A DNA stretch of 64,000 bases. Source: Octopus vulgaris. Lineage: Eukaryota. The translations under genes and the position numbers were made by a program. Positions 52,820 through 64,000 of the stretch are shown here, piece after piece (the stretch's first letter is position 1; every line of letters starts with the position of its first letter). The notes under the pieces are model-generated. The model was not told the origin of the DNA. It saw only the letters and a list, made by a program, of their open reading frames with translations, and ran no database searches. The stretch lies in the NCBI GenBank assembly GCA_951406725.2, contig CATOCA020000001.1:11284001-11348000 (forward strand), written 5' to 3'.

Positions 52820-53665
52820 CTTGAAAGACTTCACCAGGTGGTGCTATTAAGTTAGACATGGCCTGGGCCAATAATGGCCGAAACCTATCAAAGTATCAAA
52901 GTATCAAAGTATATATATATATATATATATATGATAGATATATCATCATCAGCATCATCATCATCGTCTAACATCCGTTTTCCGTGCTAGCACGGGTTGG
53001 ACGAAAATATACATAAGTAATATTCGTAGACACGCCAACATGAGTATCTGTTCGAATGGACTCTACTGCGAATGTTTAACCCCAAGAGAACACCTCCTCT
53101 AGCTAATTAACGATGCAGAGGTGCATCCGATTAATTGCGAGCAGGGGATCGAACCCCTACGATCTTATAGCAACTGAACCAGCAGACCAGGTCTTATTTC
53201 AGGCTATTCCTGCCACTCTTCGGTACTGGACACCTCATCTGCTAATCTGTGGAGACGGGATGTATATAATAAAGTGTATATAATAAAGTATGTGTATATA
53301 AAGAAACCTGTGTAGATATATTTGTTCAGAAGAAATGAGTTCGATGTTAGAAGTGAAATATATTTCTGGAATATATGCAGTTCACTGTGTGTCAACCAAT
53401 TTCTATGATGTGTCAGGGTCAAGACAAACATTTATCAATGTATGTATGCATGTGTGTGTATGTATGTATGTGTGTGTGTTTGTGAGCATGTCATTTAACT
53501 ACACAAAAATCTGTATCTATGTAAATGTTTAAAGAAGAATTTCTGCTCTACTTTTGGTAGTTACTGATGTATCTTATAATAATATTCTCTATTCCGAACA
53601 TGTAAATAATGTAATATTTGTTATAAATGAATATTATTGATTGGATGTTTCTGTTTTGTCCACAG

Positions 53666-53804
53666 ATGTTTGTGTGCAGAAATAAAGCGGCCACAACAAA
53701 AGTCCATCCATGTGGACACCTTGTAATATGTAAGGGATGTTCAAACGTTCCACTTCAACAATGTCTGAAGTGTTTAAAACCTGTAACAAGCAGAGGTCGA
53801 GTTG
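53666..53804 (+). CDS. Ankyrin/RING gene, exon 6: C3HC4 RING (apparent 1-nt deletion near its start)
   Basis: cacag|A TGT TTG TG- TGC RNKAATTKVHPCGHLVICKGCSNVPLQQCLKCLKPVTSRGRV G|gtaaga. Confidence 0.82.
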
Positions 53805-54966
53805 GTAAGAATATTCTTTGCTGATCTGGCTGTTTGTCCTGCCTGTCCCATTGCCCTTATTGTGTAGAATAATATGCTTCATGTTATTGTGTAGAATAAT
53901 ATACTTCATGTTGTTGTGTAGACAGAGGTCTGCTATAATCTGGCAGATTTATGATAAAAGGTGTTCCTAGTGTCTGTTCTCTGTAATAGTATATCTCTCG
54001 CACTACATCCACCAAACATTGACCTTATCCAAGTAGGAAACATGTCACACTTCAAGAGGGTTGTAGTCTGCAACATAAAAATAATGGAGGATTCTGCAAG
54101 ATAATTAGTGAGTAACTGAAGTATCAATAAATCTCCATCAACTCTATAATTAATTATGAGTTATTAGAAGATAATTAAATACAACAGTACTTACAAGGAC
54201 ATCAGTGTCATCTTTGGTAAAGTATTAAAATTAGTAGAATATTTTAAAGGAGTAAAAGTTTGTGTCACCTGTGTTTGAGACTTCAACACGCAACTCCATG
54301 TTGCTGTGTTGGTCTTTGGGTGATATCAAGGCTAACAGAGACACTGTTTTGTCCGTCTCTCAAATTTAGGTTTTGGTTCTGACTTGAGTGTCACATTCCA
54401 ACCAGATCATGAAACCTTCAAATATTTCCTGAATGAGATGGCATTCTGGTGAACTGTGAAGTTAAAATTAGGGATTATCAGCAACAATGTTTAACAAAGA
54501 GATTAGGTGTATGTTTTACCTACTTGAAGTGGTTGTGACATGTGTTTGTTGTTATATCTTTGATGAATAAATTTGTTGACACTGGAATCAAACAGGTTGT
54601 TAGTCAAGATCAGGGTTTTGAAAATGCAATAGATTAGGCATAGATATAAGCAAGGAAACCAAAACATACAGATTAACTGTTATTAGGTGATAATTAAATG
54701 ATATAATTACAGCATTGTTAGATTATGTAGGATATCTTAACAGAGAGAGGAAATTTACAAAGATGAACTAGAGTTCGTTTTGGAGCTAAATATTGGCTAT
54801 TACATGGGTCCACTGTTGAAAGTATAAAAATATTGACCAAAACAATTATGATCGTCGGTTGGCCATTGATGGTATGAATGTCTCTCAATAATAAAATATA
54901 GATTATTAATAAATATAAAGGGATTGTGCTATAAATAAATATAAAACTTGGAGTCACATATTTCAG

Positions 54967-55017
54967 AGAGTCCAAAGTTTGAAGAGAAGGGAGTGCAGAC
55001 TGTGGCAGAGACAGTTG
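54967..55017 (+). CDS. Micro-exon A: (E)SPKFEEKGVQTVAETV
   Basis: tttcag acceptor, phase 1, compatible with the RING exon. Donor position reads atgagt; read-through gives DEFKIRELN* (stop ends 55046). Confidence 0.6.
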
Positions 55018-56697
55018 ATGAGTTTAAAATTAGAGAACTTAATTAATTTCTATAGATTGTACATCCACCTCAGCTATTTTGCGTATTAGAATGGTGGAGA
55101 ACAAATCCCATTTCTAATTTCCATTTGAAAGGTTAGCTCTAAAGTAATTGTATTAAAAATATGAAATTTCATAAAGTCATGGTTAACGTGTTTGGTAAAT
55201 GGATAAATTAAAAGCCACAATAGAGTTAATATTATCTTCTGGAAGCGGGAACTATAATTCTTTTTTTACGAGTAAACTCCTAAGTTAATAAGATAGTTGT
55301 TTGTTTTTCTACTGAGATTTTTCGTAAGTTTTCTGATAGGTTATTCTTGATGTTGTTATGTAGCCAGATGTCTGTCGTAATATTTTGTATTTTCTGGGGT
55401 TGTGTACCCTGAATGTCTCTGGTTAGAATACATTTTGTAGTTGCAAATTAGAAAATTATAATTAAATGTTAACTCTGTATAAGAATATTCATCATGAACT
55501 TAATTTTATTAAATGTTAAATTAAATATTGAACCGTGAATATCTGTTTATATTTAAACAAATTATTGGTGTTTATACAAAATATACAATCAGAAATTGAA
55601 TTTGACTTGAATACACAAATCCTTCTTTGTAATTATATATAATATACACTTATTACATTGTTTGAACAACATTTACCATCCATATAGTCATTCTTTTTCT
55701 CACTCTTGTTAGATTTTAGATGATATTAATGCTAAAAGAGGCACAGTTTTCTGAGTGTTTCACCCTTTGGTCTTGATTGTTGCGTTCAAATTATTTAATG
55801 AAAGTTAGTCATTGTTATTTGACCAGGAAACGAATTAATCATTAGTATTTGGCAGTGGACTTGGTTATATCTTTCTTCGTTTGCTCATGGAACTACCATA
55901 ATATTAGCTGTGCTCAGACACAATCATATTCATTGTAATGAAGGTTATATGTTCTTTACTCAGATTATATACAATCTATATTGATATCTAGTATTGCACT
56001 GTCAAGAACAGTGCCATTGTATCACATATATACCCAATTATCAAGATAATTAATAAGCTATAATTCATTAACTCTCTTACATTTGTATGTATGAAATGTA
56101 AACTTACTTTATCATAGGGACATCCTGTACCCTCACCTTACATTTTATATCTTGTTAGGGATCATGGTGGGGAAGGGTGTATGGAATTTGGCTTGTGGAG
56201 ATGATTTTTAGGGGACAGATTGTGTGCGGGGTGGAGGGTATGCACATAAAGAACATGTCTTTATGGGTTCAGTTTTACTTAATTAGAGAGGAATGTTGAT
56301 TAGTGAATTCTAGAGATGAGAGGACTGTGCCATGCCATAGATTTGGCACAGTTATAAGAAAAGAAAGACAAAGCTAAGAGAAAACTGTCATCAAGTGTTA
56401 ATTAAATGAGATAATTGGTACATTGTTAGAATATTTAATGTGTTTCTAGAGAGAGAGAGAGAGAGAGAGAGAGTGAGGGTGGATTTAGAAATGTTAGTCT
56501 GTTTTATTGTGGACATATTGGGCTATTACATGGGACCACTGTAGAAAGTACAGAAATATTGACCAAAACCATAATGGTCAACATTTGACCATTAACGACA
56601 GGAATTGAATGTCTCACAATAACAAGATAGAGTTTAATAAAAATAAAGATAAAGAAAGTTTCTTTTTAAATGTAAAACTTGGAAATATTTATTTCAG

Positions 56698-56775
56698 GGG
56701 CTCCAAAGTTTGAAGACAGGTGTGTACAAACAGAGGCTACATGTCAGGAATTAGGGGCTGCATCTCAGGCAATTG
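56698..56775 (+). CDS. Micro-exon B: (G)APKFEDRCVQTEATCQELGAASQAI
   Basis: tttcag|78 nt|gtgagt, symmetric phase 1-1. Confidence 0.7.
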
Positions 56776-57026
56776 GTGAGTATAAAATAATAGTTCTCAA
56801 TTGATTTCTCTAAGGTTTTCTTCCCCCGAGTATATTGTGCTCGAAAGAATAACTGAAAACCGCTTCCATTCCTATTTTCCAATTGAACGATTATCTGTAT
56901 AAAAATTGAATTAAAGATATCGATTTACTGTGAGTTTATGAAATACCCATTGAGGTTAATGCTGTTGGTAATAATGTTCAAATTAGAAGACACAATAGAG
57001 TTAATTTTGTCATTTGGTCACAGAAC

Positions 57027-57027
<1 letters not shown>

Positions 57028-57078
<51 letters not shown>

Positions 57079-57888
57079 TTAACATCCGTTTCTTATGGTG
57101 GCATGGGTCGGACGATTTCACTGGCAAGGCAGTAGGCTGCGTCAGGCTCCAATGTGATCTGGCAAGGTTTCCACATATGTATGCCATTCCTAACGCCAAC
57201 CACTCCGAGAGTGTGGTGGGTGCTTTTACGTGCCACCGACACAGGAGCCAGTTGAAGTTGGGGCTGGCATCGACCACGTTCGGATGGTGCTTTTTACGTG
57301 CCAACGGCACAGGGAACCAGTCAGGCGGCACTGGTAACAAACAATGTTTGAATGGTACTTATTACGTGCCACCGGCACGGATGCCAGCCAGGCGGCACTG
57401 GCATCGGCCATAATTACAATTTGCATTTTGATTTCGATCTTGATTTGATTTTGATTTGTGATTTCTGATTTTTGGTTTTACTTGACTCAGAAATTCTTCT
57501 CAAGCGCAACTTATCACTCTGTGATTCAAGGGTACTTTTAAAAAGGGCTGGTTATGCACACTGGTATAGGCTACAGCTGTGATCTCACTTCACTTGCCGG
57601 GTCCTCTTAATCACATCATATTTCCAGAGGTCTCTGTCTCTTGCCATTACCTCTGTGAGGCCCAACGTTCGAAGGTCGTTTCACCACGTCATGCCCTGTC
57701 TTCCTGGGTCACCCCTTTCCACGGGTTCGTTCCACTGTTAGGGTGTAACACTTCTTCCCACAGCTCTCCTCATCCATACACATGACAATACCAGTGCAGT
57801 TGTCTCTCTTGTACACCACATCTGATGCTTCTTATGTCTAACACTTCTCTCAGGCCTCTTCACTCTGCCTTGTGTGCACACCGACATC
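57028..57888 (-). mobile_element. RTE 3' fragment (duplicated at 59133-59966)
   Basis: (CAT)n tail, cctaacgccaaccac, ttttacgtgccacc repeats, degenerate ORF end. Confidence 0.8.
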
Positions 57889-58803
57889 GTTGAGTTCAAA
57901 TTATTTAATGAATGATAGTCATTGTTATTTGACCGGGAAATGAATTAATCATTAGTATTTGGCAGTGGACTTGGTTATATCTTTCTTCGTTTGCTCATGG
58001 AACTACCATAATATTAGCTGTGCTGAGACGCAATCATATTCATAGTAATGAAGGTTATATGTTCTTTACTCAGATTATATACAATCTATATTGATATCTA
58101 GTATTGCACCGTCAAGCACAGTGCCATTGTATCACATATATACCCAATTATCATGATAATTAATAAGCTATAATTCATTAACTCTCTTACATTTGTATGT
58201 CGGAAATGTAAACATATTTTGTCATAGGGACTTCCTGTACCCTCACCTTACATTTTATATCTTGTTAGGGATCATGTTGGGGAAGGGTGTATGGAATTTG
58301 GCTTGTGGAGATGATTTTTAGGGGACAGATTGTGTGCGGGGTGGAGGGTATGTACATAAAGGACATCTTTATGGGCTCAGTTTTACTTAATTAGAGAGGA
58401 ATGTTGATTAGTGAATTCTAGAGATGAGAGGACAGTGCCATGCCATAGATTTGGCAGTTATAAGAAAAGAAAGACAAAGCTAAGAGAAAACTGTTATCAA
58501 GTTTTAATTAAATGAGATAATTGGTACATTGTTAGAATATTTAATGTGTTCTTAGAGAGATAGATAGAGAGAGAGAGAGAGCTGGTGGATTTAGAAATGT
58601 TAGCCTGTTTTATTGTGGACATATTGGGCTATTACATGGGACCACTGTAGAAAGTACAGAAATATTGACCAAAACCATAATGGTCAACATTTGACCGGTA
58701 AGGTCACCAATTGAATGACTCACAATAACAAGATAGAGTTTAATAAAAATAAAGATGAAGAAAGTTTATTTTTAAATGTAAAACTTGGAAATATTTATTT
58801 CAG

Positions 58804-58881
58804 GGGCTCCAAAGTGTGAGGACAGGTGTGTACAAACAGAGGCTACATGTCAGGAATTAGGGGCTGCATCTCAGGCAATAG
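58804..58881 (+). CDS. Micro-exon C: (G)APKCEDRCVQTEATCQELGAASQAI
   Basis: tttcag|78 nt|gtgagt; duplicate of B. Confidence 0.7.
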
Positions 58882-60412
58882 GTGAGTATAAAATAATAGT
58901 TCCCAATTGATTTCTGTAAGGTTTTCTTCCCCCGAGTATATTGTGCTTGAAAAAATAACTGAAAACAGCTTCCATTCCTATTTTCCAATTGAACAATTAT
59001 CTGTATAATAATTGAATTAAAGATATCGATTTACTGTGAGTTTATGAAATACTCATTGAGGTTAATGCTGTTGGTAATAATGTTCAAATTAGAAGATACA
59101 ATTGAGTTAATTTTGTCATTTGGTCACAGAACTCATCATCATCATCATCATCATTTAACATCCGTTTCTTATGGTGGCATGGGTCGGACGATTTCACTGG
59201 CAAGGCAGTAGGCTGCGCCAGGTTCCAAAGGGATCTGGCAAGGTTTCCACATATGTATGCCATTCCTAACGCCAACCACTCCGAGAGTGTGGTGGGTGCT
59301 TTTTACGTGCCACCGACACAGGAGCCAGTTGAAGTTGGGGCTGGCATCGACCACGTTCGGATGGTGCTTTTTACGTGCCAACGGCACAGGGAACCAGTCA
59401 GGCGGCACTGGCAACAAACAATGTTTGAATGGTACTTATTACGTGCCACCGGCACGGGTGCCAGCCAGGCGGCACTGGCATCGGCCATAATTACAATTTG
59501 CATTTTGATTTCGATCTTGATTTGATTTTGATTTGTGATTTCTGATTTTTGGTTTTACTTGACTCAGAAATTCTTCTCAAGCGCAACTTATCACTCTGTG
59601 ATTCAAGGGTACTTTTAAAAAGGGCTGGTTATGCGACACTGGTATAGGCTACAGCTGTGATCTCACTTCACTTGCCGGGTCCTCTTAATCACATCATATT
59701 TCCAGAGGTCTCTGTCTCTTGCCATTACCTCTGTGAGGCCCAACGTTCGAAGGTCGTTTCACCACGTCATGCCCTGTCTTCCTGGGTCACTCCTTTCCAC
59801 GGGTTCGTTCCACTGTTAGGGTGTAACACTTCTTCCCACAGCTCTCCTCATCCATACACATGACAATACCAGTGCAGTTGTCTCTCTTGTACACCACATC
59901 TGATGCTTCTTATGTCTAACACTTCTCTCAGGCCTCTTCACTCTGCCTTGTGTACACACTGACATCGTTGCGTTCAAATTATTTAATGAATTAATCATTA
60001 GTATTTGGCAGTGGACTTGGTTATATCTTTCTTCGTTTGCTCATGGAACTACCATAATATTAGCTGTGCTGAGACACAATCATATTCATTGTAATGAAGG
60101 TTATATGTTCTTTACTCAGATTATATACAATCTATATTGATATCTAGTATTGCACCGTCAAGCACAGTGCCATTGTATCACATATATACCCAATTATCAT
60201 GATAATTAATAAGCTATAATTCATTAACTCTCTTACATTTGTATGTCTGAAATGTAAACTGATTTTGTCATAGGAACATCGTGTACCCTCACCTTACATT
60301 TTATATCTTGTTAGGGATCATGTTGGGGAAGGGTGTATGGAATTTAGCTTGTGGAGATGTTTCTTAGGGGACAGATTGTGTGCGGGGTGGGGGGTATGCA
60401 CATAAAGGACAT

Positions 60413-60885
60413 CCCTTGATGGCCTCGATGTCACTTAGCCAGTTGGGTCTTTTCAAGCACAGAAAATTGCTGATTGTCTCAGTCGTTTTAGTTATCTTCC
60501 GTGTGAAGCTCAGCATCTGAACATCATTTCTCACCACTTTGTCCCATGTCTTTCTCAGTCTTCCTCTTCCTCAGCTTCTCTCCACATTTAGAGATCCGCA
60601 TCTCTTTATGCTGATCACCTCATCCATATGCATCACATAACCATACTATGAAAGATCTCTCTTTTGAACTCTACATCGGATGACTCTTATACCCAGATTT
60701 GCTCTTAAGACATTTCCACTGTGACTTACCTGTACACTGATGTTGTACATCCAGTGGAGCATGCTGGCTTCATTTGTCTCCAACCCTTTGCATGTCTTCT
60801 ATCTTCACAGCTTATCTTTCATTATTGTGTTGTACATCTGTCCGTACACAAGTCTCATACAATCTGCTTTCCACTCTTAGGGAGA
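60413..60885 (-). mobile_element. Degenerate RTE ORF C-terminus
   Basis: Minus strand resembles the GRGRPRKTW and LRWYGHV region; similar to 57480-57885. Confidence 0.55.
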
Positions 60886-61028
60886 AGCCCTTCGTTACCT
60901 ACAGAGTGGGGGCTTTTGGGACGGTTAATCTTGACTATTGGTTATAGGAATATTTCACAATTATAAAATATCGATGTTCATTAAAGAAATTTTACTATAA
61001 AGTATAATCTTGGAAATATTTAATTCAG

Positions 61029-61079
61029 CAAGGCCAATATTTGAAGACAAAGAGGTCCAGACAGTAGAAGAGCCACGTG
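61029..61079 (+). CDS. Micro-exon D: (A)RPIFEDKEVQTVEEPR
   Basis: attcag acceptor, 51 nt like A. Donor position reads ctgagt; read-through gives AEYRMTLHN*. Confidence 0.55.
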
Positions 61080-61529
61080 CTGAGTATAGAATGACATTAC
61101 ATAATTGATTTCTATAAAGGTTAGCTTTTACTGAGCTATTTTGGTCAATAGAATGACCGAGAACAGGTTCCACTGCTACATTTCATTTGAATGCTTAGCT
61201 ATAAAGAAATTCTGTTCTTCTACAACAACACGAATATCCAATAAATGTACTTTATGCAAACATCAGTTACTCATTCACTCGCAGAAAGAAAGATTCAAAA
61301 ATTAAATATAAACCCTGAAACGGTTCTCTCCCGTTAAGGAGAATATTCGCCCTGTTTGTCATCTCATTGTACTCATTCATTCTCTCTCTCTCACTCATGC
61401 TCTTTCTCTCCGTCTTTTCAAGAAAGATGCTGGTTAATAGTTTCAATACAATAAATGATATCATCCTCATCTTTTCTCATCTGCTCTCCATGCTCCCATA
61501 CACTAGGTGGGTCATCACTGTCCAAGTCA

Positions 61530-64000
61530 GTTGTATCTGAAATTACTGCCAACCGTCATTTGTTGAGGAAAACATCTCACTTAAACATTGCAGCTTTTCT
61601 AAGGTGGTAGACCCTTTCTAACCCCAACCACTTTATAAAGGGTCCTGGGTATATTTTATTGTCGCACAAGCATTAGAAATGATCATCAATTTCCCAACAA
61701 TATCAAACGTTCCTTTCAAACTTGTGGTGTCATCTTTCCTAGTTTCCAACAACCACTTCCTAGTGTGTTCTGGGAGCATTTAATTATAGCACAAGTAGTA
61801 ATCAAGTTGTGTTACATTCTACATAATTAGACGGTCCTCACTACTCTATGATGTTTTGGTTCACTGAAGCTGATGACATTTTCAGGAGGTGAGAAGGGAA
61901 TGTGATGACAAAAGAATCAGGATGGGGGAGAGAAATTTGCAATACCCCCTCTCCCGGCTGTGGGTCTTTGTCTTACATGTCTTTTGGCTAAATATGCCAG
62001 TACTTGTGCTTTACACAAAGGGGCCACGTACACTCTGTGAGGTGGTTGGCATCAATAAGAGCATCCTACCATAGAAAACCATGCCAAAGAAACCATCTGG
62101 GGCCTGGTGCAGTTGTCTGGCTTGTCAGATCCTGTCAAGATTTCCAACCCATTCCAGCATGGAAAACAAACTTTGAATGTTGATGATGATGATGATGATG
62201 ATGCTGTCTTCCAGTAACTCATCATAATTCTTTGTCTTAGATTGTTACAGTAGTTTCCTGTCTGGTATAAAATATTAGCTCAGTATAATAATAGCGATTG
62301 TGAAAACCGGTTCAGTGATTTTGATAACATTCATATTGAACAGAGAACATATGTTCACATTTGAACAAAACATTGATGCTAACATATGCAATACATGGAA
62401 AGGAATGAACGTATGAGATTCCAGTGTGACTTGAACTCACAACTCTTTTCTAACTATATATATATAATTATCGCTTGTTACTGATGTTTTTAGAATAACG
62501 TCTACTGTCCATATATAGAACTGTCGTTATACTGACAATATGTTGGCTTTGAGATATAGTTTCAATTGTAGAGAGTCACTGTTTTCCGTCTTTCACATTT
62601 TGGTTTTACTTCCGACTTGATTGTTGTTGAAGATTAGATCATGGAACCTGGTCATTGTTATTTGACCAAGAAAAGAATTCATCATTCATGTAATCGGTAC
62701 TGAAATGGTTACATTTTTCTATGGTTTCTATATGGAACTACCATAATATCATGTTGCTGAGACACAACCATATTAATTGTAACAAATGTCATGTTCTTCA
62801 CACAGATTTTATACAATCTATAATTGATAGTTAGTCATTTATATGCCGCATTAACATGATAATTAATCAGCTATCATTCATTAACTCTCTTAAACTTGTA
62901 TGTGTAAGATGTTTCATAGCATTATCTTTTACAATTAATATGGTTAAACAATCTCCAGCACAGTTGATATTATAGTAGTTATGAAACCACTTGAAAAATG
63001 TAACCATTTCCAATTTCGATCTCATGTACCCAGGTTCCATGATCTAATTTCAACATAACTGAGTCGGAAGTAAAACCAAAGCAATTGACTCTCTACAATT
63101 GAAACCATCTCAAAGCCAACAATTAATCAGTATAACAGTAAAATATATGGACAGTAGACGTTATTCAAACGTCGTAACAAGCGTGCAATTATACTTGTAC
63201 TGTAGTTAGAAAGAGTTATGAGTTCAAGTCACACTGGAATCCATACGTTCATTCCCTTTTCATGTATTGCATATGTTGGCATCAATGTTTTGTTCAAATA
63301 ATGAACATATGAATGTTATCAAAATCTAGACCGGTTTTCACAATCATATTATACTGAGCTAATATTTTGTGACTCTGTAACAATCTAAGACAAAGATTAT
63401 GATGAGTTACTGGAAGACAGCATCATCATCATCATCATCATCAATCATTCAAGACTGTTTCCATGCTGGAATAGGTGGGAAATCTTGACAGAATCTGATA
63501 AGCCAGACAACACCAGACTGAATGTTTCTTTAATGATTTCTATGGTAGGATGCTCTTATTGATGCCAACCACCCTGCACAGGTAACGTGGCTTACTGTGA
63601 AGCACAGAATACTATGTGGCAAAGGTATGGTGGAGCCCACGGCAGGGAAGGGGGCTATGGTTTAACATGTCACGACCCTTCTCACCCTTCACCAGATGTC
63701 ATCGAAGCTGTGAACCAAAGGCTGTAGTGAGGACAAATCCCTAATTATGTAGAATGTAACACTACTTGTGCTATAATTAAATGCTCCCAGAACACTTAGG
63801 AGTGGTTGTTGGAAACTAGGGGAAGATGACACCTAGGTGAGAACGTTTGATATTGTTGGGAAATTGATGATCGGCTAATGTATTCTTGACAATATACTTA
63901 GGACAAAGTGGTTAAGTAGGTGCACACTGCAGAAAACACATGTAGAGTGGATGTTTTCCTCAACAAATGACAGTTGTAACCAGATACAGATGAATATATG
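61530..64000. repeat. Large inverted duplication (arms ~61530-62650 and ~63030-64000)
   Basis: Colinear reverse-complement match, e.g. gctgtcttccagtaactcatcata / tatgatgagttactggaagacagc. The right arm has many small deletions. Confidence 0.88.

Larger units (their letters stand above)
48268..52909 (+). mobile_element. APE-RT LINE, copy 3; apparently full length (5'UTR, ORF1, ORF2, tail)
   Basis: ORF1 from 48590, APE-RT from ~49790 to 52819, (TATCAAAG)3 tail, (TA)n on both sides. Lies sense within intron 5 of the host gene. Confidence 0.95.
55779..60412 (+). repeat. ~2.1-kb tandem duplication (55779-57888, 57889-59966, partial 59967-60412)
   Basis: Highly similar colinear units. Each full unit contains one micro-exon and an antisense RTE 3' fragment. 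Confidence 0.95.

Noticed and set aside
52860-52885. Hammerhead-like CTG-GGCC...GGCC-GAAAC in the LINE 3'UTR
   Set aside because: Lacks the ANGA of the core and stems I/III; more likely the ordinary LINE 3' recognition stem-loop.

Overview
Repeat-dense, AT-rich animal DNA, most likely a cephalopod (Octopus-like; inferred from the tRNA-SINE families, RTE tails and abundant (TA)n/(CA)n). There is one host gene on the + strand. Its exons (34218-53804) encode ankyrin repeats plus a C3HC4 RING, resembling the C-terminal half of mind-bomb/MIB2-type E3 ligases. Behind it lies an array of four tandemly duplicated phase-1 micro-exons (54967-61079), each encoding an x-V-Q-T motif of the LC8/DYNLL-binding type. 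The rest is mobile DNA. Four fold-back Penelope-like insertions (4.7-21.6 kb) and a mini fold-back (36.1 kb) together carry nine type-I hammerhead ribozyme motifs; one of them is a 5.4-kb essentially non-coding palindrome. Three near-identical copies of an APE-RT LINE sit in (TA)n, and its ORF1 combines a Myb/SANT-like domain with two CCCH fingers. Also present: a mariner, RTE, Dong/R4-like, HERO-like and Tx1-like fragments, Helitron remnants, a MITE, many SINEs, and two further large inverted duplications (the last possibly an assembly artefact). All calls were made by eye; no searches were run.
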